Source: Candidatus Eiseniibacteriota bacterium (GTDB taxonomy: Bacteria > Eisenbacteria > RBG-16-71-46 > CAIMUX01 > VGJL01). Taken from it: a stretch of 64,000 nucleotides of DNA. The stretch lies in assembly GCA_963792585.1 (NCBI GenBank), contig CAWBWI010000001.1, positions 192,001 to 256,000 on the forward strand. The letters run 5' to 3'. The translations under genes and the position numbers were made by a program. A model generated the notes under the pieces. That model did no database searches. It saw nothing but the letters and a program-made list of their open reading frames with translations, and was not told the DNA's origin. Below, piece by piece: positions 28,166 to 36,977 of the stretch (position 1 is its first letter; every line of letters starts with the position of its first letter).

Positions 28166-31100
28166 ATGATGAATCAAGAGTCGTTGCGGACCGGATGCCT
28201 CTGTTTGGGTCTCTACTTGATGATCGTGGTGCTCTGTCCGGCAATCGGAATTGCTGGCTCGCCGACGCTTGGGACCACTCATCGCGGAAGCGGGCCGCCG
28301 GCGGTGTTGCTCGGGGATAGGGACGGCTGGTGGGACGAGCCTCCGGATCTCAATGGAGAGCCGATGAGTTCGGAGATCATCTCCTCATATGGCTTCGAGA
28401 CCGAAGTCGCCAACGACTGCTATTCTGCGGCGCAGACGACCGTCTATGAAGTCGTGTGGTGGGGAGAATACTTCAGCGGAGATGCCGAACCGAATGTCAG
28501 CGCGTTTAACTTACGGTTCTATGCGGATGCTGGCGGTGTTCCGGGTTCGATCGCGGCCGAGCATCTCGAAGCCGCCCCGACTGAGACAATCGCTCTTGGT
28601 CAGGGCATCGACGGACCGGTCTACGAGTACCATGCAGCCGTGTCGGTCAATATTGGAGTGGGAACCTACTGGTTCTCGGTGCAAGCGTGCGACCACGAAT
28701 TCCCGCCGCAATGGGGTCGCCTCGCAGCAGCGCAGGTGACGGGCAATCAAGCGGCAATTCGCTCCGTCGCATACGGGTTTCCGGACTGGGTTCCTTGCGA
28801 GGAATTCTGGGGATTCCCCCTGGACGCGAGTCAGAGGTTCTATGCAAGCTCGGATCCCGGAGCCTGTTGCTTTGCCGATCTGCTTTGCGAGTTCCTCTTG
28901 CAGGGGGAGTGCGCTCAACTCGGGGGAGCATGGCAGGGACCCGGGAGCGCCTGTGACCCGAATCCCTGCCCATCCAGTCCGCTGGCATGCTGTTTTCCCG
29001 ATGGACACTGTGAGCAGTTGTCTCAGTCTGTCTGCGATGAAGAAGGGGGAATATCGGGTGTAGCGACGGGCTGCGTCCCAAACCCTTGCCCGCCCCCCTC
29101 GAAGGCATGCTGCTTCCTGGACGGGCACTGTGAGTTCACAACGGAAAGCGCTTGCCGCTCCGAAGGCGGAAGGCCCCTAGGTTACCCCAGCACTTGCGAG
29201 CAGGACACCTGTACACCCGGCGCATGCTGCAGTCCGGCAACGGGAAGCTGTCTGCTGGTGACCGAGGACCTTTGCGCGTCCCCCGGCGTGTGGATGGGGC
29301 CCGGTACGGCCTGCCTTCCGAATCCATGCCCTCGACCACCCGGCAGCACGATCGTAGGGTGGGGAGCATCGGTTCTTGTGGAGCCTGACGCGCTCGAGAA
29401 CCTCGTTGCGGTCTCAGCCGGGTTCGGCCACAGCCTGGGTCTGAAGGCGGACAGCTCGATCGTGGCATGGGGAGCCAACTACTCCGGCGAGTGCTATGTC
29501 CCCGATTGGAACGAGGACTTCGTCGCAGCCGCGGCAGGCGGTCAGCACAGCCTGGGCCTGAAGGTCGATGGCTCAATTGTGGCATGGGGTTGGAACAACG
29601 ACGGCCAATGCACTGTGCCCTCACCCAACACCGGGTTCGTCGGCATCGCGGCTGGAGCGGACCATAGCCTGGGTCTCAAGACTGACGGCACCATCGTTGC
29701 TTGGGGGAGCAACAGCTGGGGAAAATGCGATGTTCCCGAACCCAACACCGGCTTCGTCGCAGTCGCTGCAGGGTTCGGACAAAGTCTGGGCCTGAGGGCC
29801 GACGGCTCTATCGCGGCGTGGGGGCGCAACATCGAGGGCGAATGCAACGTGCCGGCGCCGAACACCGAGTTCGTCGCTGTCTCGGCAGGCTATTCCCACA
29901 GCCTTGGTCTCAAGGCCGACGGCACCATCGTTGCTTGGGGGGATAACACCTCCGAGCAGTGCAACGTCCCCGAACCCAATACCGGCTTCGTGGCCGTCGC
30001 AGCAGGGCTACACCACAGCCTGGGCCTGAAGACTGGCGGTACCGTCGTTGCCTGGGGGGACAATTCCTCCGGACTGGGCATCATACCTGCACCCAACACG
30101 AGCTTCACCGCCATCGCGGCAGGGATCGACTACAGCCTGGGTCTGAAGGACTACGGCTCCGTCATGGCATGGGGCGAGGACGGTTCCGGCCAGTGCAACA
30201 TCCCTCCACCCAACGCGGAGTTCATTGCCGCCGCGGTTGGAGACGGACATGTTCTGGCACTCAAGAACGATAGCTCCATCGTCACATGGCCCGACCAGAG
30301 CAGCGTTCCTGAACCCAACACCGGCTTTGTCGCCGTCGCAGGAGGCGGGTGCAGCCTGGGTCTGAAAGCCGATGGATCCATCGTGGCATGGGGGCTCAAC
30401 GACTACGGCCAGTGCAATGTTCCTGCGCCAAACGCCGGCTTCGTCGCCGTCGCGGGGGGCAGGAACCACAGCCTGGGGCTGAAGGCAGATGGCGCCATCG
30501 TGGCATGGGGGGACAACGCCAGCGGCCAATGCACTGTTCCCGCACCCAACACCGGCTTCATCGCCATCGAGGCGGGGGAGAACCACAGCTTGGGGCTCAA
30601 GGCAGACGGCTCCATCCGAGCATGGGGGAGGAACACCAACGGGCAGTGCAATGTTCCTGCACCCAACAACTGCTTCATTGCTGTCGCGGCAGGTGCAAAG
30701 CACAGCCTGGGGCTCACAGTTGACGGCACCATCGTGGCATGGGGTAACAACAACCATGGCCAGTGCTGGGTTCCGGAAGACGGTCCCTTCGTCGCCGTCG
30801 CGGGAGGAAATGAGCACAGCCTGGGTCTCAAGTTCAACGGGACAGTCGTGGCATGGGGATACAACTTCTACGGTCAGTGCAATCAACCAAGAATCAACAC
30901 AGGCATCAGCGGCATCGCGGCAGGCTTTCACAGCAACCTCGTCCTGACTCGTTTGTCGCTTGGTGCTTGCTGCCACGCCGACGGCACATGCACCTTCACA
31001 ACCCAGGAAGGGTGCCAACCTCCAAACATCTACCTGGGAGAGGGAACAAACTGCCGATCCAGCCTGTGTCCGAATTCCACTGTTGACGGAGCTTCTCAGA

Positions 31101-31381
31101 TCGTGGAGTCGCTGGCTCTCACTGTCGCTCCGAGTCCGAGCTCGCAAGACGTCTCGATCCTGTACCGCTCGCCTGTGGCGACGGCTATCTCCTTAGAGGT
31201 GTTCAACGCGGCCGGAGGACTCGTGCGGCGACTGGTGGAGGGTCAGCGGCCGGCTGGGTCCTTCTCGACGCGCTGGGACGGACGGGACGACCGCGGGCGT
31301 GAGGTGCCGACGGGTGTGTACTTCGCGCGCATCGTGACGGCGCGGGGAATGGGGACAGGAAGAGCTGTGATTGCGAGGTGA
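28166..31381 (+). CDS. Modular secreted protein B: WWDEPPDLNG domain, 4 Cys repeats, ~14 RCC1/BLIP-II-like repeats, 1 Cys repeat, FlgD-Ig CTD
   Basis: N-terminus homologous to A and C; ~39-aa VAAGxxHSLGLKxDGxIVAWGxNxxGQCxVP repeats; CTD. Confidence 0.88.
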   Translation: MMNQESLRTGCLCLGLYLMIVVLCPAIGIAGSPTLGTTHRGSGPPAVLLGDRDGWWDEPPDLNGEPMSSEIISSYGFETEVANDCYSAAQTTVYEVVWWGEYFSGDAEPNVSAFNLRFYADAGGVPGSIAAEHLEAAPTETIALGQGIDGPVYEYHAAVSVNIGVGTYWFSVQACDHEFPPQWGRLAAAQVTGNQAAIRSVAYGFPDWVPCEEFWGFPLDASQRFYASSDPGACCFADLLCEFLLQGECAQLGGAWQGPGSACDPNPCPSSPLACCFPDGHCEQLSQSVCDEEGGISGVATGCVPNPCPPPSKACCFLDGHCEFTTESACRSEGGRPLGYPSTCEQDTCTPGACCSPATGSCLLVTEDLCASPGVWMGPGTACLPNPCPRPPGSTIVGWGASVLVEPDALENLVAVSAGFGHSLGLKADSSIVAWGANYSGECYVPDWNEDFVAAAAGGQHSLGLKVDGSIVAWGWNNDGQCTVPSPNTGFVGIAAGADHSLGLKTDGTIVAWGSNSWGKCDVPEPNTGFVAVAAGFGQSLGLRADGSIAAWGRNIEGECNVPAPNTEFVAVSAGYSHSLGLKADGTIVAWGDNTSEQCNVPEPNTGFVAVAAGLHHSLGLKTGGTVVAWGDNSSGLGIIPAPNTSFTAIAAGIDYSLGLKDYGSVMAWGEDGSGQCNIPPPNAEFIAAAVGDGHVLALKNDSSIVTWPDQSSVPEPNTGFVAVAGGGCSLGLKADGSIVAWGLNDYGQCNVPAPNAGFVAVAGGRNHSLGLKADGAIVAWGDNASGQCTVPAPNTGFIAIEAGENHSLGLKADGSIRAWGRNTNGQCNVPAPNNCFIAVAAGAKHSLGLTVDGTIVAWGNNNHGQCWVPEDGPFVAVAGGNEHSLGLKFNGTVVAWGYNFYGQCNQPRINTGISGIAAGFHSNLVLTRLSLGACCHADGTCTFTTQEGCQPPNIYLGEGTNCRSSLCPNSTVDGASQIVESLALTVAPSPSSQDVSILYRSPVATAISLEVFNAAGGLVRRLVEGQRPAGSFSTRWDGRDDRGREVPTGVYFARIVTARGMGTGRAVIAR

Positions 31382-31537
31382 CAAGGCAAACTGGAGACGG
31401 CACTTTGGCTCGGGGTCACATTGAGTTCCCAGGCAGTTGCAGCGCGATCGATGGTCGGCTCTGAGGTGAATGCGCTCCCGCTCGGTGTTCAACTGCTGAT
31501 CGAGGTCCAACTGGTACAAGATGAAGGAGGCCGTACG

Positions 31538-34500
31538 ATGCAGAGTCAAGGGTCTTTGCGGATCGGACGCCTGTGCTGGGGTATCTGCTTGAGCTTCATC
31601 ATGCTCTGTCCGGCAGTTGGAATTGCTGGCTTGCCGACGCTTGGGCCCACTCATCGAGCAAGCGGGCCGCCGGCGGTGTTGCCCGGGGATAGGGACGGAT
31701 GGTGGGACGAACCTCCGGATCTCAACGGATGGGCGCTGACGTCAGAGATCATTTCTGCTCTTGGGGTAGTGACCGAGACCGCAAACGACTTCTACTCCTC
31801 ATCGTCGACGCTCATTTATGAAACCGTCTGGTGGGGAGAATACATGGGAGGAGGCGAACCAAACGTCACAGCATTCAACTTGCGATTCTACCATGACGCC
31901 GGTGGCGTCCCGGGTTCCATCGTTGCCGAGTATCTCTCATCCACCCCGACGGAGACGATCGCACTGGGACAGGGCCCCGAGGGACCGATCTACGAGTACC
32001 ATGCATCCGTAATGGTCGACGTCGGAGACGGATCATACTGGTTCTCGGTCCAGGCGTGTGACCATGAGTTCCCGCCGCAATGGGGTCGCCTTGCGGCGGG
32101 GCAGGTAACAGGCCACCAATCTACGTTCCGTTCAGAGTACTTCGCCTACCCGGACTGGACTCAGATTGAGCAAGTCTTGGGTATCCCTCTGGACGTGAGT
32201 CAGCGGTTCTATGCAGTTCCTTCGGTCCTCGGCGCGTGCTGCTTCGCAGATCGGCATTGCGAGTCCCTCTTGCCAGGGGACTGCGTTCAACTCGGGGGGG
32301 CATGGCAGGGGTCCGAGAGCACCTGTGACCCGAATCCTTGCCCGTCCGTTCCGATGGCATGCTGTTTCCCCGATGGGCACTGCGAACCATTGTCTCAGGC
32401 TGCCTGTGATCAAGGAGGGGGATCATCGGGCATCGGTGTGAGTTGTGAGCCGAACCCCTGTCCGCAACCCTCGATGGCATGCTGCCTCCCGGACTGGCAC
32501 TGTGAGTTCGTCACCGAGAGCGCTTGCCGCTCCGAAGGTGGAAATCCACTCGGGTACCCGAGCACGTGTGACCCGAATCCATGCCCGTCGATTCCAATGG
32601 CCTGCTGTTTCCCCGATGGGCACTGCGAGCAGTTGCCTCAGGCAGGTTGCGATGAGGGAGGGGGATCATCGGGCATCGTAATAAGCTGCGACCCAAACCC
32701 CTGTCCCCCGCCGTCGATGGCGTGCTGCTTCCCGGACGGGCACTGTGAGTTCACCACGGAAAGCGTTTGCCGTTCCGAAGGTGGGAATCCACAGGGGTAC
32801 CCGAGCACCTGCGATCAGGCATCCTGCCCACAGGCCGGCGCGTGCTGCAATCCAGCGACGGGGCATTGCATGGTGGTAACCGAAGATCTGTGCACGCCCC
32901 CCAGCGTCTGGATGGGCGTGGAAGCTGCCTGCGATCCAAATCCCTGCCCTCAGCCGTCCGGCGCGTGCTGCAATCCGACCACGGGCGACTGCACGCTGAC
33001 GACGCAGGCGAGCTGCAGCGACAACTGGCACGGGGAGTGGACAAACTGCGATCCGAATCCTTGTCCGCAGCCGATCGGCGCGTGCTGCAATCCGACCACG
33101 GGCGGCTGTACGGTGACGATGCAGGCGAACTGCAGCTACAACTGGCATGGGGTGGGGACGACCTGCACCCCGAATCCGTGTCCGCAGCCCGGTGGCGCAA
33201 TCTATTATGTCCGTTCCGACGGGGGCGTACCCTCCTCGCCCCCCTATTTCCCGACGATCCAGGCGGCAATCAACTACGTGAACCTCGTGACAGGAGACGT
33301 GATCGAGCTGATCGGAACGCCCTTCACCGGCGTGGGGAACCGCGACGTGGACTTCAACGGAAAGCTGGTCACGGTTCGGTCCCAGGGTGGTGACCCCGAC
33401 CAGTGCGTCATCGATTGCCAGGGGGCCGGCCGGGGATTCGTGTTCCAGTCCGGAGAAGACAACCGGGCAGTGCTCGAGGCGATCACGATTTCCGGCGGGT
33501 ATATGGAGTTCGGGGGCGGTGGTGGAATCGCTATCTTCTCCTCCTCCTCGCCTTGGATCAAGGGCTGCAAGGTCGTCAACTGCATTATCGATCATGGCGG
33601 CGGGGGCGGCGTTGTTTGCGGCAACTCCGTTTCTCCTCTCTTGACCGACTGCGCGATCGTCGGCTGCAGTGCGGGGAGTCCTCGATATCCAGCGGCTGGA
33701 GGTAGTGGGATTTTCAGCGGTACATCGTCGCTCCTGACGATGCGGAACTGCGTTGTCGCCGACAACTACCTATATGGAGGAAACGGAGCTGGCATTGCCT
33801 GCGGCAACGGGGAGATATCCGGATGCACCATCAACTCCAACGATCAGCATGGCGGGGGGCGAGGGGGTGGGATCTACTGCGAGACGGGAGTCATCGCGAA
33901 CTGCAACATCCAAGGGAACTCTGGCGTGGAAGGGGCGGGTTGCGCGGCCGGGGCCAATACAACAATTCAGGACTGCGCGATCGCCAGTAACGTCAGTGAA
34001 GGTGGTGGTGGTGGTGTCATGGGTGACAGCCTGACGATCACAGGGTGCACGATCAGCGACAACAGTGGCGAAGCGGGCGGTATCTGGGGGAACGTCCTCC
34101 ATGTCAACGACTGTGTCATCACGGATAACGGCGGTTATTACGGCGCGATTCGAACTGCGAGTTCGAGCATCATCAGTTGCACCATCAGCGGCAACCGAGC
34201 ATATAGCCAGGTCGGTGCAGGCGGGCTGCTTGGAACTGACACGCAGGTGATCCAGACCATCCTGTGGGGAAACACGAACACGAACAACCCGCAGAACAAC
34301 GAATTGAACGGCTCGAACGTGACGCTCATCTGCTGCGATATCGACCCATCAGGCGCGACCGGCAGCATCACCTATCTTGGCCCGCAGGTGTTCTCGGATC
34401 CCCTCTTCTGTTGTCCGGTACCGTGTGAGGCCCCCCCCGAGGGGGACTACACTCTCCGGTCCGACTCCCCCTGCCTGCCCCAAGGCAACTACTGCGATCT

Positions 34501-34846
34501 CTTGATCGGAGCGCTCGGCCAGGGGTGTCTTGCCCCCGCAGGCATCGAGGATCACGTGGTTGAGGCGACGCTCGGTCTGATGCCGGGGAGGCCCAATCCG
34601 TTCGCCGATCAGACGGCAATCGTCTTTGGCCTCGCGAAGGAAGCAGTGATCGATCTCGCAATCTACGATGTGAGCGGTCGCTGCGTGCGGCGGCTCGCTT
34701 CGCGAACAGCTTACCCGGCCGGAGTTCATCAGATGATCTGGAAGCGCAACGACGACGCAGGACGAATCCTCCCCTCAGGCGTCTATGTCTGTCGGCTTCG
34801 TATGGGGGGAGAGGTGCAATCGAGCCGTCTGATCGTCCTGCGCTGA
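31538..34846 (+). CDS. Modular secreted protein C: paralogue of A with 8 Cys repeats, beta-helix, FlgD-Ig CTD
   Basis: AAGGAGG RBS; colinear with A apart from an extra pair of Cys repeats. Confidence 0.85.
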   Translation: MQSQGSLRIGRLCWGICLSFIMLCPAVGIAGLPTLGPTHRASGPPAVLPGDRDGWWDEPPDLNGWALTSEIISALGVVTETANDFYSSSSTLIYETVWWGEYMGGGEPNVTAFNLRFYHDAGGVPGSIVAEYLSSTPTETIALGQGPEGPIYEYHASVMVDVGDGSYWFSVQACDHEFPPQWGRLAAGQVTGHQSTFRSEYFAYPDWTQIEQVLGIPLDVSQRFYAVPSVLGACCFADRHCESLLPGDCVQLGGAWQGSESTCDPNPCPSVPMACCFPDGHCEPLSQAACDQGGGSSGIGVSCEPNPCPQPSMACCLPDWHCEFVTESACRSEGGNPLGYPSTCDPNPCPSIPMACCFPDGHCEQLPQAGCDEGGGSSGIVISCDPNPCPPPSMACCFPDGHCEFTTESVCRSEGGNPQGYPSTCDQASCPQAGACCNPATGHCMVVTEDLCTPPSVWMGVEAACDPNPCPQPSGACCNPTTGDCTLTTQASCSDNWHGEWTNCDPNPCPQPIGACCNPTTGGCTVTMQANCSYNWHGVGTTCTPNPCPQPGGAIYYVRSDGGVPSSPPYFPTIQAAINYVNLVTGDVIELIGTPFTGVGNRDVDFNGKLVTVRSQGGDPDQCVIDCQGAGRGFVFQSGEDNRAVLEAITISGGYMEFGGGGGIAIFSSSSPWIKGCKVVNCIIDHGGGGGVVCGNSVSPLLTDCAIVGCSAGSPRYPAAGGSGIFSGTSSLLTMRNCVVADNYLYGGNGAGIACGNGEISGCTINSNDQHGGGRGGGIYCETGVIANCNIQGNSGVEGAGCAAGANTTIQDCAIASNVSEGGGGGVMGDSLTITGCTISDNSGEAGGIWGNVLHVNDCVITDNGGYYGAIRTASSSIISCTISGNRAYSQVGAGGLLGTDTQVIQTILWGNTNTNNPQNNELNGSNVTLICCDIDPSGATGSITYLGPQVFSDPLFCCPVPCEAPPEGDYTLRSDSPCLPQGNYCDLLIGALGQGCLAPAGIEDHVVEATLGLMPGRPNPFADQTAIVFGLAKEAVIDLAIYDVSGRCVRRLASRTAYPAGVHQMIWKRNDDAGRILPSGVYVCRLRMGGEVQSSRLIVLR

Positions 34847-34862
34847 TCGGGAGCTGCCGAAG

Positions 34863-34919
34863 GTCAATCATCTGAGGTGGTGGGGCGATCTTCTCTCTGC
34901 CATGAGAGAGGGTCGCCCC
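34863..34919 (+). repeat. Conserved 3' hairpin element, copy 4
   Basis: GGGGCGATCTTCTCTC-TGCCAT-GAGAGAGGGTCGCCCC, core 39 nt after the stop. Confidence 0.7.
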
Positions 34920-35286
34920 TTCCTCTCATGCGGGGTCGCATCGCTGGGGTCGGTCGGGAGTGTCACGGTGGCGTGCGGAGTTGGAATCGGAGATCTGTCA
35001 GTAAACTGCCCCAAGCGGGGATCTGGACATGCGGGTTTTCGGTCTTGCCCGCCGTCCTCTTCGTTCCCAACTGCCGCGCAGTGGCACCCACCGACATCGG
35101 AAACGGTGCCGGGTCACGGAGGGAGCCGTGGACTTCTCGGCCGGGCTTCGCCATTGGCCGGCGAAGGCAGCCCTGTCGAAGCCCCACCCCGCTCCTTGCG
35201 CGGCGAATCGCGCGTCTGTTAGCGTCTCGCTCTGTCGCTCCCCCGGGCCGAGCGGCCCGCATGGGCATGTGACAAGCGGGAGGCAG

Positions 35287-36741
35287 ATGAAGACGCATCC
35301 GTGGCACCAACCCCTCGAGTTCGGCGACGCCGAAGCCCTGGTCCGCATCCTGGAGGACGCAAGTCCTGAGGAACTGGCCTCCGAGATCACGCGCCGTCTT
35401 GCGCGCAAGACGACGGAGGACGAGTTCTACCTGGCAGCGGGAAGGGCCGCTGTCCGCTCAACGCGAACCGAGGGATTGGGTTCGGGTCGGGTCCCCCACG
35501 GGCTCTACGTCCTGCGGTCCCATCGCGAACTCGGTGGCCGGCTTCCGCCCGATCTGCGGCCCTATCCACTCGTGGCCGCCTCGCGGCGCGTGCATGCCGA
35601 CATCCGGGATCCCCACTTTGGACCCGCGAGGCTCTTCGAGTTCGCGCCCCACGCCGAGGGAAACCGGGAGGAGATCCTGTTCTCGTACCTCGATGCGGTG
35701 CGCTCGGGCGACACCGATGTCGCCGACCACATCTTCGCCTGGCTCTTCAAGAACCTCCCTCCCGAGGAAGTTGCGGATCTGCTCTGGACCGGGGGACTCG
35801 AAGGGGTCTGCCTCGGCAGCTTCAAGCTCGCCGGAGCCATGGAGGTCTTCAATCTGCTCCAGGCCCTCGGCTGGCAGCATGGCGACGTGCTGCTGCGCGG
35901 CGTTGTCCGCCATCAGGCGCACCGCTTGGCCGGACCGAATCCGTTCGAAGCCTGCCGTGATCGGATCGCCGCGGAGGGATTGCTCGGCAAGGCGCGTCGA
36001 CGGTTACCGGGCGAGCGCGGCCGAGGCGAAGACGATCCCGCGGGAATCTGGCGCGTTGCGATCCAGTGGGCGGGTCTCGCGCCCCAAGCGCGAACCGATC
36101 TCGCCGTCAGGATGCTCGCGACCGACTGGACCCTTGAGGACTACTGGGAAGCGGTGGCCCTCGGTGCAGCGATCCTCTTCCTCGGGGCGAGCGTCTCGGG
36201 GTTGCCCGCGGCGCGGGCGGCGCAGCTCTATGTCTCGTTCCACGGCCTGCGGGGTCTGGTCCGTCACGGGAGCCTCGCCCAAAAGGTGATGGCGAGCCTT
36301 CTCGTCGGACGCACGCCCGAGTTCGCGCCGGTGGGGCCGGGGTGGGGAGATGCGGGCGTCAAGTTGCTGGAGGCGGGGTTGCGGGCGCAGCGGGTCTCGG
36401 TCGATCAGATCGGCCTGGCCTTCGAGGGATGGCAGGCGGAAGCGGCCCTGGGGTGCATCGCAGCTTCTTCGGTGGATCCGAACGGTCTGGCGAACATGAT
36501 TCCATTGATCGACAACCGGCTCGCTTTCCTGCACGGGCTGGAGGGAATGGGACCGGCGTTTCACCTCGCCCAGTGCGAGGCCTATCAGGCGGGCCGCTCG
36601 CCGCACCGGTGGGTGCATCTCGCGTGCAGCGCCTGGCTGTGCGCGATCTGGCCGGATCGGGGGCTCCTGGATGAGCCTGGTCTTGCCGAGCTAGCCGAGC
36701 GTCGCCGCAAGAGCCTCGCCCGCGATCGGAGGGGGCGTTAG
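35287..36741 (+). CDS. Hypothetical alpha-helical protein
   Basis: Long ORF with GGGAGG RBS before ATG 35287 and host-like codon usage; no family recognised. Confidence 0.7.
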   Translation: MKTHPWHQPLEFGDAEALVRILEDASPEELASEITRRLARKTTEDEFYLAAGRAAVRSTRTEGLGSGRVPHGLYVLRSHRELGGRLPPDLRPYPLVAASRRVHADIRDPHFGPARLFEFAPHAEGNREEILFSYLDAVRSGDTDVADHIFAWLFKNLPPEEVADLLWTGGLEGVCLGSFKLAGAMEVFNLLQALGWQHGDVLLRGVVRHQAHRLAGPNPFEACRDRIAAEGLLGKARRRLPGERGRGEDDPAGIWRVAIQWAGLAPQARTDLAVRMLATDWTLEDYWEAVALGAAILFLGASVSGLPAARAAQLYVSFHGLRGLVRHGSLAQKVMASLLVGRTPEFAPVGPGWGDAGVKLLEAGLRAQRVSVDQIGLAFEGWQAEAALGCIAASSVDPNGLANMIPLIDNRLAFLHGLEGMGPAFHLAQCEAYQAGRSPHRWVHLACSAWLCAIWPDRGLLDEPGLAELAERRRKSLARDRRGR

Positions 36742-36862
36742 AGTCCCACTTCACGCGGATCCGGCGGGGCCGGCGGGGTCCTGATACTCGGGCCGAAACG
36801 GATGGAATCGGGACTTGCGGGTTCCCCGACGGGTTTCCTAGAATCGAGACCAGATTGCCCGT

Positions 36863-36937
36863 GGCGCTATCGTCTAGGGGTCAGGACGGATGGTTCTCAG
36901 CCATCAAACCGGGGTTCGAATCCCCGTAGCGCTACCA
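36863..36937 (+). tRNA. tRNA-Glu(CTC)
   Basis: GGCGCTA/TAGCGCT acceptor stem, anticodon arm GATGG-TTCTCAG-CCATC, GGTTCGAATCC T-arm, 3' CCA. Confidence 0.95.
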
Positions 36938-36977
36938 AACTCGAGGGGAGAGGGACTTCCGGAGTCCGTCTCCTTTT

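Noticed and set aside
28166..31381. Diversity-generating retroelement
   Set aside because: No reverse transcriptase and no TR/VR pair differing only at adenines in the window
31381..31430. AAGGCAAACTGGAGACGG resembles the start of a c-di-GMP-I riboswitch
   Set aside because: The stem is too short and the downstream GNCGCAAAG and second hairpin are missing
14768..34919. Integron cassette array (hairpins as attC sites)
   Set aside because: No RYYYAAC/GTTRRRY boxes flank the hairpins and no IntI is present
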